Below, one piece after another: positions 1-8,475 of a DNA stretch of 64,000 nucleotides. Under the pieces are notes generated by a model that ran no database searches, had not been told where the DNA came from, and saw only the letters and a list, made by a program, of their open reading frames with translations. Origin of the DNA: Vicinamibacteria bacterium (GTDB taxonomy: Bacteria > Acidobacteriota > Vicinamibacteria > Marinacidobacterales > Marinacidobacteraceae); NCBI GenBank assembly GCA_963422395.1, contig OY729431.1:928001-992000 (forward strand), given 5' to 3'. Position 1 is the stretch's first letter. Every line of letters starts with the position of its first letter. Both the position numbers and the translations under genes were made by a program.

Positions 1-473
1 ACACACTCGCCGGTGAAATAGTGATGGGTGACGAACAACTCGAAGCGCTCCGGCGACAGTTCCTTCAACAGGATGCCCGCGGTGCGGAAGTTGCTGCTCT
101 CCTTGCCGGTGAAAGTCTCGTCCTGGACCCAGGCAGACACATTCATCGGAACTCGCTCCGCAAGAGGTTCCACGGCGCCTTCCGGCGTGATCAAGACCAG
201 GTTTCCCGCTCCCGAGACGACCAACAGGTCATCGCCCAGGTTTGCCATCGCTCCGCCGTTCGGCTGGCGTCTTCCAAGGGGGATCACGGTGCTTTCCAGG
301 GCGTACAGATGTGTCCGGATCTCGGATGTCTCGGAACTCCCGTTCTGTCCGTTTGGCGTCGAAGCGGCGAGATCCCGCCCCCAAGCGGCCAGAGACAGGG
401 CGGCGAGAGGAATCGCGGCGGCGGGGCCGATCGCCCTCGCCCGGCTGCCGGGGAATGCTCTCGCCGTCGTCAT
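1..473 (-). CDS. Secreted protein, partial (runs off the window), possibly glucose/sorbosone (PQQ-type) dehydrogenase-like beta-propeller
   Basis: Not in the ORF track. ATG at 473 overlaps the ddl stop (ATGA). Translates MTTARAFPGSRARAIGPAAAIPLAALSLAAWGR...GGAMANLGDDLLVVSGAGNLVLI...LFVTHHYF, with a hydrophobic signal-like N-terminus. Family call is tentative. Confidence 0.55.
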   Translation of the reverse strand, partial: MTTARAFPGSRARAIGPAAAIPLAALSLAAWGRDLAASTPNGQNGSSETSEIRTHLYALESTVIPLGRRQPNGGAMANLGDDLLVVSGAGNLVLITPEGAVEPLAERVPMNVSAWVQDETFTGKESSNFRTAGILLKELSPERFELFVTHHYFTGEC

Positions 474-1534
474 TTCTCATTCCTCTTCGCCGCGAGACGG
501 GCGATCCGGTCGCAGAGCTTTGGGAACGAGATCCCCAGAACCGCAGCCGATTGCGGTAGCAGACTGCGCGTGGTCATTCCCGGAAGGGTATTCGCTTCGA
601 GGACCGAAGGGCAGCCGCCGGCGTCCAGGCGGAAGTCCACCCGCGAGAAGTCGCGCAGGCCGAGCGCCCGATGGGTTTCGATCGCCAGTTCGCCGAGCCG
701 GCGCGCCAGCGTTTCGGGAATCTCAGCGGGGAAGATCTCCTCGGCCATCCCCGGGGTGTACTTCGCCTGGTAGTCGAAAAGGCCGGAGCGGGTGACGATC
801 TCGCCCACGCCGAGGGCCTCGGGCGTGCCGTCCGCGGCCGAGCCGATCACTCCGACAGTGAATTCGCGCCCCGGCAGGTTTTCTTCCACCAGAACCCAGC
901 GGTCGTGTAGCGCGGCTTCGGCGACCGCCTCCCGGATCGCCTCGAAACCGCCGGCCTGCCGCAGCCCCACCGAGGAGCCGACCCGTGACGGCTTGACGAT
1001 GACCGGGGAACCGAGGGCTTCGATCGCCGCGCGGCGGACGCTGGGGCCGAAGGACGAAAGGAGTGCGAAGCGGGGAGTCGGAATGCCGGCGCCGCGCAGG
1101 ACCCGCTTCGCTGCGGCCTTCTCCATGGCCAGCGCGCTGGCGAGCATTCCGCTTCCGGTGTAGGTCTTGCCCCCGAGTTCGAGGACCGCTTGGAGCCGTC
1201 CCCCTTCGCCATCGAGCCCGTGGAGCACCAGGAAGGCGAGTTCGGCTTCCCGGAGCGCCGGAAGGCGAAGGAGGCCCGGGACATCTTCGCGCTCGCGGCA
1301 GCGGGCCAGCACTTCGTCGTCGGGCGGCTCCCGGTCCACTCGCAGCGAAAGCAGCCGGCCTTCCTGTTCCGGGTCCAGCGCGCCGTGGACGGTGTCCACC
1401 ACGGTGACCTCGTGCCCGGCGATCCGCAGCGCCCGCAGCACTTCTCCGGCCCCGGCGAGCGCCACTTCCCGCTCCGGAGTGGAACCTCCGGTGATCAGCG
1501 CGATGCGAAGCGCCGGACCGTTCGCTCTCGTCAT
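470..1534 (-). CDS. ddl: D-alanine--D-alanine ligase
   Basis: Motifs GGSTPEREV, LHGLDGEGG, KPSRVGSSVG, FDYQAKY, RVDFR, LEANTLPGMT. Confidence 0.95.
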   Translation of the reverse strand: MTRANGPALRIALITGGSTPEREVALAGAGEVLRALRIAGHEVTVVDTVHGALDPEQEGRLLSLRVDREPPDDEVLARCREREDVPGLLRLPALREAELAFLVLHGLDGEGGRLQAVLELGGKTYTGSGMLASALAMEKAAAKRVLRGAGIPTPRFALLSSFGPSVRRAAIEALGSPVIVKPSRVGSSVGLRQAGGFEAIREAVAEAALHDRWVLVEENLPGREFTVGVIGSAADGTPEALGVGEIVTRSGLFDYQAKYTPGMAEEIFPAEIPETLARRLGELAIETHRALGLRDFSRVDFRLDAGGCPSVLEANTLPGMTTRSLLPQSAAVLGISFPKLCDRIARLAAKRNEK

Positions 1535-1586
1535 GTCTTCCCCGTGGACCGCACCGCAGGCGGCGGCTTTCGCGTCGGACGCCGGG

Positions 1587-3263
1587 TCACCGGTTCGGCG
1601 GCAGCAGTTCCGCCGCGATGCGGTCCAGCTTTTCGCACACTTCGGGATGGATCTCTGCCGGCGTCATCACCGCCGCCAGCCGGTGCAGATCCGTCTTCTT
1701 CTCCGGCCTGCCGACGCGCTCCAGCATCGGGAGGAGCAGTTCGTCGCTCGCCTTCACGCGCGAAAGCGCTGCGATGTCGCTGAACAGGTCGGCGTCCGGC
1801 GGTATCTGACGGCGGAAATCCCGGTCCACTTCCAGGAGTGTGGGCAGCGGCCCGCCGAGGTAGCGCTTGATCGCCTCCGGTTGCAGCAGGTAGTTCTCGA
1901 TTTCGTATCGAGTCCATCGGAGCACGACCAGACCCTGCTGCCGCGTCTCTTCCTCCGGTTCGTCGAGGTTGTCGCCGTCGAGGAGGCAGATGCCGGGAAG
2001 TTCCGGGAATTCGATGCGCAGAGCGTCGAAGTGGTGCCGCGCTTCCTTCAGGTTCCTGCCCCCGAGCCACTGGACATTCGCTCGACCGAAGAACTTCTTC
2101 GCCCGGTGGTCGAGGATTTCCGCCCACTGCCGCAGCAGCTCCTCATCGCTCCGACCTTCCAGATAGAGGATCGCGCCGCATTCCCGGGCTCGCAGGAGCT
2201 CGGTGGTAGTGAGGCGGCGCAGAGCTTCCCGAAGCCTGTTTCGATCCTGAGACGAGGCGAGCGCGCGCGGTCCGGCGCTGAAGAAGCCGATGACATCGCA
2301 AGGATCCGTGGCGTCGAGCAGGACTTCCGAATGCGTCGCGGCGATCAGCTGTCCTCGGCGCTCTTTCGCCGCGCCGCGGATGCGTTCGTACACCTGCTTT
2401 TGGAGCACCACATGCTGGTGCGCATCCGGCTCATCGAGCAGCAGGACCGAAGCGCGCCGGGCGTACAGGAAGGCCAGCAGCACGAGCACCTGCAAGGTCC
2501 CGCTTCCGGCATTCGAGAGATCGAGCGGCCGCCGGCGGCCGGGTTCGCTGTATTCGCAGACGATGTGGGGCTGTGCCGGCGAGTAGGACGGATGCCTGAT
2601 GTCGATGCCGAACATGCTGCGGACATGTCCGGTCAGTGACGACCAATCGTCCTCGCTCTCCCGGCTCGCGATTTCCCAGAGCAGGTTGCGCAGGATGTTC
2701 CCGGGCCGCCCCATCCCCACCAGGAGGTCCTGCATCCCCCGGTCGCGGCGAGGTTCGTCGCGCACGATTCCGGAGAGCGCGGGGACATGGATGACATCCA
2801 GGGCGCCGGCTGCTTCGGGAGGAAAGGAATCGAAAGCTTCTCGGGCCATGTTCTTCGCGCCCAGCGGCCTCACATACAGCAGCTCCGGATTCGCATACTG
2901 AAACTCCATTCCGCAGGACCACGGGTTGCTCGCCTCCCCGCCGTCGAGCTGGATCTCGATGCGGCGGGGAAGGCTGGTCCCCTCCTGGGTGACGCGGCGC
3001 TGCTCCCAGAGCAGGTTCATCTCCCGGAGCGGAACCGCAGTGAACCGGTCGCGGGTGACCGCGACTCCCGAGCGTTCCCGCGCCCTGCTGCCGCTGCTGC
3101 GCTGTTCGCGCCAGCGGTCGAGTCCGAATTTCCAGGTGGAAATCGCTTGCAGCAGTGTCGATTTGCCAGAGTTGTTGGCCCCGGCGAGCACGACCGAATC
3201 GCCGAGCTCGAAGACCTGCTCCTCGAACCGCTTGAAGCGGCGCAGCGTGACCCGGCGGATCAT
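1587..3263 (-). CDS. ABC/AAA_15-type ATPase fused to a TOPRIM domain (OLD-like ATP-dependent nuclease)
   Basis: N-terminal IRRVTLRRFKRF, Walker A GANNSGKST, Walker B LLLDEPDAH, H-loop ATHS, TOPRIM LYLEGRSDE and LLDGD, YEIENYLL. Confidence 0.85.
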   Translation of the reverse strand: MIRRVTLRRFKRFEEQVFELGDSVVLAGANNSGKSTLLQAISTWKFGLDRWREQRSSGSRARERSGVAVTRDRFTAVPLREMNLLWEQRRVTQEGTSLPRRIEIQLDGGEASNPWSCGMEFQYANPELLYVRPLGAKNMAREAFDSFPPEAAGALDVIHVPALSGIVRDEPRRDRGMQDLLVGMGRPGNILRNLLWEIASRESEDDWSSLTGHVRSMFGIDIRHPSYSPAQPHIVCEYSEPGRRRPLDLSNAGSGTLQVLVLLAFLYARRASVLLLDEPDAHQHVVLQKQVYERIRGAAKERRGQLIAATHSEVLLDATDPCDVIGFFSAGPRALASSQDRNRLREALRRLTTTELLRARECGAILYLEGRSDEELLRQWAEILDHRAKKFFGRANVQWLGGRNLKEARHHFDALRIEFPELPGICLLDGDNLDEPEEETRQQGLVVLRWTRYEIENYLLQPEAIKRYLGGPLPTLLEVDRDFRRQIPPDADLFSDIAALSRVKASDELLLPMLERVGRPEKKTDLHRLAAVMTPAEIHPEVCEKLDRIAAELLPPNR

Positions 3264-3411
3264 GGAGCCGGCCGATCGGTTCTCTCCGACGTTCCGTTCG
3301 CTTTGCGGTCCGGGAGGATCACCGGGGGAGCGTATCCGCGCGGCGGCGGCGCCCGCCCCATCCCTCTGCTAACCCGCCCCGGGCCCGCCCCGGGAGGGAG
3401 TGCGGCCGGTC

Positions 3412-4095
3412 TCAGCCCCGCGGGGCGGATCCGAACGATTTCCGCAGCCCGGGGGCGTTGACGATCAGTTCTCCGAGATCGGTCATGGAGTTCTCGATGG
3501 CGATCTCTGCTGCGGCGGAGAGGAGCTTCGCCCCGGCTCCGCAGCTCATGCCGCTCCCGGCCTGGACCGCATTTCCCATCACGACCTCGCGGAACAGGAG
3601 GCCGTCTTCGGTGAAGACCGACACGGCGAGAGAGAGTGCTGCCGCCGCCTCCATCCGGAAGAGCCCGCCTCCGGTGAGAGTCACATCGAAGACTTCCGCC
3701 CGCACCGCGATCACCGTGTCGATCCCCAGACGGTCCATGTCCTCGCGCGCTATCCGGGATTCGCTCAGCCGCACCTCCTCGATCAGGGGCTCGAGCGTGC
3801 CCAGAATGGATTGTTCGAGCGCATCCCGGGCGTCGATCGGGTAATTGGAGTCGGCGCAACGGTTGTCTCGGGCGATCATCCCGGCATTGCGCCACAGTTG
3901 GTCGCCGTCCACGAAGATGCCGGCGCGCGCCGGGAGCCGGTCCTCGAACGCATACGCCTGATGCGACGGGGCGGCGCGGACCGCCACCCGATAGGTGCAA
4001 GAAGCCGCGGTGAGCACGGCGAGGCCGAGCGCCAGCATTCCGCAGCGCTTCGCCAGCCGGGTGAGTCGGTCGGGACTGGGGCTGATCCTGTTCAT
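3412..4095 (-). CDS. Hypothetical lipoprotein
   Basis: C-terminal part of ORF 3412..5961. ATG at 4095 with purine-rich RBS (GAGGAAGAG). Signal peptide ends LAVLTAAS-C (lipobox-like). Confidence 0.7.
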   Translation of the reverse strand: MNRISPSPDRLTRLAKRCGMLALGLAVLTAASCTYRVAVRAAPSHQAYAFEDRLPARAGIFVDGDQLWRNAGMIARDNRCADSNYPIDARDALEQSILGTLEPLIEEVRLSESRIAREDMDRLGIDTVIAVRAEVFDVTLTGGGLFRMEAAAALSLAVSVFTEDGLLFREVVMGNAVQAGSGMSCGAGAKLLSAAAEIAIENSMTDLGELIVNAPGLRKSFGSAPRG

Positions 4096-4202
4096 CTCGA
4101 TCTCTTCCTCCCGCTGCTGCGGGGTCGGGTGATGCGGCGACCGCTGCCGACCGCCGGTGCGGAGATGCGCAACCGCCGTGCCCGAAGGCTGCTTCGAGAG
4201 CC

Positions 4203-5660
4203 TCACAGGGTCAGCACCAGGCGCACCGGTTCCGGCAGCGGCGCCGGCCGGGTGAGCAGGCTTGCTCCGGCGAGGACCGCGAATCCGGCCGCCATGGCCA
4301 CTGCGGCCGCCGGGGCTTCGAGGCCGGGAGCGAGGAGTTCGAGCCCGAGCAGCACGAGCGGGCCTGCCGCCATCGAGGCGGCCGCCGCCCGGGCGGTGAC
4401 CCGCTGCCAGGAGAGCCCGAGGAGAAGCGCGGGAGTGAGCGCCGCCGCGAACGCTCCGAAACCGAGGGTCCCCAGAAAGGCGATCAGGCCGCCTCCGGCC
4501 AGGTGGACGGCCGCCACCCCGAACGCCGCCAGACCGACGAGCAGCGATCCGGCGCGCGCCGTACCGAGGCCGGCGGACTCCAGCCTTCCCAGCGCCCGAG
4601 GCAGGTCTCGCGCCAGCACCGCCGCTCCGAGGTTCAGGAAGGCGTCGCTCGTGGACATGATGGCGGCGAGGACGGCCGCGGTGAGCAGGCCGGTGAGCAG
4701 GCCGGGGGTCCCCGGAAGCGCGAGCGCCGCCAGCGCGGCGTCGTCGGGGTGGCCGAGCGGGCCAAGACGCCCGTCGGCGGTGAAGACGAGCACCGCCGTT
4801 CCGAGGCCGATCCACACCAGCAGGCTCAGCCCCTGCGCCCCGCCGATGACCATCGGCAGGTAACGCAGCGCATCCGGGCTCCGGAGCATCAGGAACTTGT
4901 GGAGCAGATGAGGCTGGCCGAGCGTCCCGAGCGAGAACAGCAGCAGCAGGCCGAACCCCCGGGCGGGCGCCATCGAGCCGAGCGGGTGCAGCAGCTTCGC
5001 TCCGTCCGGGCCGGCAGCCGAAAGCGCCTCCGCTGCCCCCCAGGGTCCCGAGACCGCCGCCATCGCCCAGACGAAGACGACTGCCGCCGCCCCGGCCATC
5101 ACGATCCCCTGGAGCACATCGGTGTTCACCGACGCGGTCATCCCCCCGGCCAGCGAGTAGGCGAGCACGACCCCGGCCCCGAGCACCAGGGCGTGGAACA
5201 GTCCGATTCCGGGGAAGGCGAACTGTGCGGCGAGAGCGAGCGCCGCGAGCTGGACCCCGAGATAGATGATGCTGCCGATGAGGATCCCGCCGGCGGCCAG
5301 CCCGGCGGCGAGCCGCGCCCCCGGTTGCGCCCCGAAGCGGAAGGCGAGGACTTCCGGCAGGGTCAGCGCGCCGCTCGCCGCGGCCGTCAGCGCCAGCCGC
5401 CGCCCGACCGTGCGACAGAGCAGCGCTGCGGTGAAGCCGGCCGGGACGACGATGAACAGCGATCCGAGTCCGACCTGTCCCGTCAGGCCCGGACCGCCGA
5501 GGAACACGAAGCCGCTGAACGCCGATGCCGCCACCGCCAGCCCGGCGCGGAGAGCTCCGAGGCGGCGCCCGGCGGCGAAGAAGTCGGCGGCGTTCCCGGT
5601 GCGGCGGAGCGCGAGGAGCCCCACCGCGAGCGTCACCAGCAGGAGGATCGCCGGGATCAT
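4203..5660 (-). CDS. Sodium:solute symporter (SSS, PutP/PanF-like)
   Basis: DFFAAGRRLG, SAFSGFVFLGGPG, GGMTASVNTDVLQG, LAAIMSTSD, many TM helices. ATG at 5660 overlaps the upstream stop. Confidence 0.9.
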   Translation of the reverse strand: MIPAILLLVTLAVGLLALRRTGNAADFFAAGRRLGALRAGLAVAASAFSGFVFLGGPGLTGQVGLGSLFIVVPAGFTAALLCRTVGRRLALTAAASGALTLPEVLAFRFGAQPGARLAAGLAAGGILIGSIIYLGVQLAALALAAQFAFPGIGLFHALVLGAGVVLAYSLAGGMTASVNTDVLQGIVMAGAAAVVFVWAMAAVSGPWGAAEALSAAGPDGAKLLHPLGSMAPARGFGLLLLFSLGTLGQPHLLHKFLMLRSPDALRYLPMVIGGAQGLSLLVWIGLGTAVLVFTADGRLGPLGHPDDAALAALALPGTPGLLTGLLTAAVLAAIMSTSDAFLNLGAAVLARDLPRALGRLESAGLGTARAGSLLVGLAAFGVAAVHLAGGGLIAFLGTLGFGAFAAALTPALLLGLSWQRVTARAAAASMAAGPLVLLGLELLAPGLEAPAAAVAMAAGFAVLAGASLLTRPAPLPEPVRLVLTL

Positions 5661-6112
5661 CGCCGGGGGTTCCTTGCGGAGTTCCGGTTCCGCAGGCGGC
5701 GCAGCGCCTTCGGGTCCGGAGGCCGGAAGGACAGCGCGAACCCGGCGCCGGTGAGCACCAGCGGCACTCCGAAGACGCCGAGGAGCAGCCCCCAGAGCGC
5801 GAGCGGCAGGCCTGCCGGACCCGTTGCTGACGGCGAGGCTGCGAGCAGCGTTCCCGCCCCGAGCGAGAGCGCGAAGAGGGCGCCCGACCACGCCCCCCAG
5901 GAGCTCCGGCTATCCGAAGAGCCGCAGGCCCAGACCGCGGCGACCGCGGCGGCGACCGCAATTGCCATCGCCGCCGCCCCGCCGGCGAGCAGGGCGCCCC
6001 CGGCGAGGCCGATCAAGAGAGCGGCGGCCGGCGGGCGCCGGGAACCCCGGGGAGCGAGACCGGCGTTACCGGCGGCGCGGGGACTTCGCTCATGCGAGAA
6101 GCTCTCGTTCAT
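5657..6112 (-). CDS. Small multi-TM membrane protein translationally coupled to the SSS transporter
   Basis: Hydrophobic ORF whose TGA overlaps the SSS ATG. Start codon uncertain. Confidence 0.6.
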   Translation of the reverse strand: MNESFSHERSPRAAGNAGLAPRGSRRPPAAALLIGLAGGALLAGGAAAMAIAVAAAVAAVWACGSSDSRSSWGAWSGALFALSLGAGTLLAASPSATGPAGLPLALWGLLLGVFGVPLVLTGAGFALSFRPPDPKALRRLRNRNSARNPRR

Positions 6113-6126
6113 CGATATCACATATC

Positions 6127-6285
6127 GTGCGTACGATCATCGCTCTCCCGGACGAACAGGCGAAACGGCTGGCCGAAGTGTGCCGGAGACAGGAGATTTC
6201 CCGAGCCGAGGGGGTCCGGCGCGCGGTCGCGCGGTACCTCGACGAACACCGACTGTCCGGCTCGTGCCGTTGGACGAGGCGGTGA
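6127..6285 (+). pseudogene. CopG/RHH antitoxin (VapB-like), C-terminus lost
   Basis: GTG at 6127: MRTIIALPDEQAKRLAEVCRRQEISRAEGVRRAVARYL (RHH pattern), then runs out of frame into toxin sequence. Confidence 0.75.
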
Positions 6286-6433
6286 GCGAGCTGGCGGTCG
6301 TCATCCGGCGCAAGCATCGCATTCGCCTCCCCGACGCCATCGTCTGGGCCAGCGCCACCGCATCGAAGCCCTGCTCGTGACCCGGAACACTCGGGATTTC
6401 CCGGCGGACGATCCGGGCGTCCGGATGCCGACT
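6255..6433 (+). pseudogene. PIN-domain (VapC) toxin remnant, N-terminus missing and frameshifted
   Basis: VRLVPLDEAVSELAVVIRRKHRIRLPDAIVWASA, continuing in another frame as LLVTRNTRDFPADDPGVRMP. This is the typical VapC C-terminal half. Confidence 0.8.
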
Positions 6434-6461
6434 CGATCTGAAGTCGGTCTTCTCCCGCCTC

Positions 6462-6496
6462 CCGATTCATCTGGACACTGGACTGGGGAGACGGAC
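6462..6496 (-). repeat. About 35-bp dispersed repeat (copy 1), possible IS terminus
   Basis: Reverse complement GTCCGTCTCCCCAGTCCAGTGTCCAGATGAATCGG nearly matches 50521..50556. Confidence 0.75.
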
Positions 6497-7100
6497 CCGG
6501 GCGATCTCCACGAACCGGCAGAGGGCGTTCGCGAGGCGCATCTGCCACGGGGTGCGGCACTCGGGCGCCAGCAGGGCGGGGCTCGCGACGATGGCGGCGA
6601 CGCAGCGGGCACGGGAGGTGGCCACATTCAGCCGGTTCAGACCGTAGTGGAACTCCATCCCGCGAGGCGCGTCCTCGGCGGTCGAATCGTCCGAATGGCG
6701 GCGGAACATTCGCGGTTCCAGTTGCACAACCGGCAGTGGTCCACCGGCTCGGGACAGGTGTCCGGCGGGTCCTGGACCCGTTCGAGAAACTGCTGCTTCA
6801 CCGAGCGGAGGAAGGCGGCGTAGTGGTCGTAGCGGAAGGTTTCCTTTCTCGGGTTCCTCCCCTGAGCACGAGGAACATGACCTCGGGCGCGGCTCCTTGC
6901 ACCCCGGCGAGCAGTTCGGAATAGACGCTGAGCTGCAAGACGGCGCCGGCCGTCGCGGAGCGGGCCAGCTTGGCGTCCATCGCTGCGTATGACCAGGCCC
7001 CCAGCAGGCTCGGACGCGCCATGCGGAGCAGGAAGTCGGGGGACCCGTCCCAGGCGTCGGCTGCGAGGAATCCTGTCCCGCCGCCGCTCAGAGTGCTCTC
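6467..7100 (-). pseudogene. TM0106-family RecB-like nuclease/SF1 helicase remnant
   Basis: N-terminal nuclease piece (PDFLLRMARPSLLGAWSYAAMDAKLARSATAGAVLQLSVYSELL; after frameshift ETFRYDHYAAFLRSVKQQF...PEPVDHCRLCNW) joined directly to the extreme C-terminus (APRGMEFHYGLNRLNVATSRARC...QMRLANALCRFVE). Confidence 0.8.
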
Positions 7101-7511
7101 GCCGGCGGATGGTCGCCGGCGCGGCTCGGGATCTCGCCCTCTACCGGCACGAGGCGCTGGATTTCGGCGATCCGGTTCTGCGTGATGTTCACGGTGTCGA
7201 GATGATGGAGGAAAACCCATTGCTCCCGTGGGGATTCGAGGAAGTCATCACCGAAGAGTCGTTCCATCGGCTCGAATCGGCGTTTCTTCGTTTCATGAGA
7301 CCGATTGCAAGCGTTTCCTCATGATCCTGCGTATGGCTGGATTCCGTGGATGCGTCCAGGATTCGTTCACGGAATACCGTCGATTTCGGCGACATCCTCT
7401 ATCGGACCTTGGGCGCACAGCGCACGAATCCGGCGCACCGGCTGTATGGGGGGCGCTCCCAGCATTCCAGACTACTGGCGGAGGGATAGCATTCCTCCCG
7501 TGGGTTTTTCG

Positions 7512-8366
7512 ATGCCGGGCGGGCCTCGCACACTTCCCGTCTTTTCCGCTCTCGCCCTCGCGGTGCTCGCTTGCAGCGCTCCGCAGGCGCCGCCCGAGCC
7601 GGCACCCTCCCTCGGGCCCGAAACAGTGGCCGGCTGGCGGATGGTGGACCTGAGCCATCCCTACGGGGAAGACACGCTCTACTGGCCGACCGACGCCCGC
7701 GGCTTCGAGCTCGCTGCGCTGGCCGAAGGAAGGACGAAAGCGGGGTTCTTCTATGCCGCGAAGGAATTCGCCTCCGCCGAGCACGGGGGGACCCACCTGG
7801 ATGCGCCGTATCACTTCGACGAAGACGGCGCGTTCGTCGGGGAGATCCCGCTCCGCCGGCTGATCGCCCCCGGGGTGGTGATCGATGGAAGCGCTGAGGC
7901 CGAGGCCGATCCGGACTATCGGATGAGCGCCGAGGACATCCGCGCCTGGGAGGAAATCCACGGCGCGATTCCTGCCGGGGCTGCGGTGCTCTTCCGCACC
8001 GGCTGGGCGGACCGCTGGCCCGATCCGCTCGGCTATCTGGGCGGCGGCGAGCCGGGCAGTGCGGCGAACCTGCACTTCCCGGGGCTCGGCGAGGACGCGA
8101 TGCGCCTCCTGGCGGCGCGCGAAGTCGGCCTCGTCGGGATCGACACCGCGAGCGTGGATCACGGGCCCTCCACCGATTTCATCGTCCACCAGCTGGGCGG
8201 TGCCGCCGGAATTCCCAATCTGGAGAATGTCGGGGACCTCTCGGAGCTTCCGCCGACGGGTTTCCTGCTGATCGCCCTGCCGATGAAGATCGAGAAGGGC
8301 ACCGGCGCTCCGGTCCGGATCGTGGCGCTCATTCCGCCCGGCAGAGCCGGATCGGATTCGAACTGA
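7512..8366 (+). CDS. Cyclase family (kynurenine formamidase-like) metal hydrolase, lipoprotein
   Basis: EHGGTHLDAPYHF, VGIDTASVD, LPMKIEKGTGAPVRIVA. Lipobox AVLAC. Confidence 0.9.
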   Translation: MPGGPRTLPVFSALALAVLACSAPQAPPEPAPSLGPETVAGWRMVDLSHPYGEDTLYWPTDARGFELAALAEGRTKAGFFYAAKEFASAEHGGTHLDAPYHFDEDGAFVGEIPLRRLIAPGVVIDGSAEAEADPDYRMSAEDIRAWEEIHGAIPAGAAVLFRTGWADRWPDPLGYLGGGEPGSAANLHFPGLGEDAMRLLAAREVGLVGIDTASVDHGPSTDFIVHQLGGAAGIPNLENVGDLSELPPTGFLLIALPMKIEKGTGAPVRIVALIPPGRAGSDSN

Positions 8367-8475
8367 GCCGGATCGAACCCGGACAGAGCGCGCTGGGCGG
8401 TCCCCGCATTTCGCCGCTTCCTCCGCCGGGGTCTCTCAGCGGGCGGCGGTTTCCGAACCGCATCCCTCGACCCGG

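Noticed and set aside
370-400. Apparent lipobox in the first partial gene
   Set aside because: The codon is TGG (LAAW), not Cys, so it was not called a lipoprotein.
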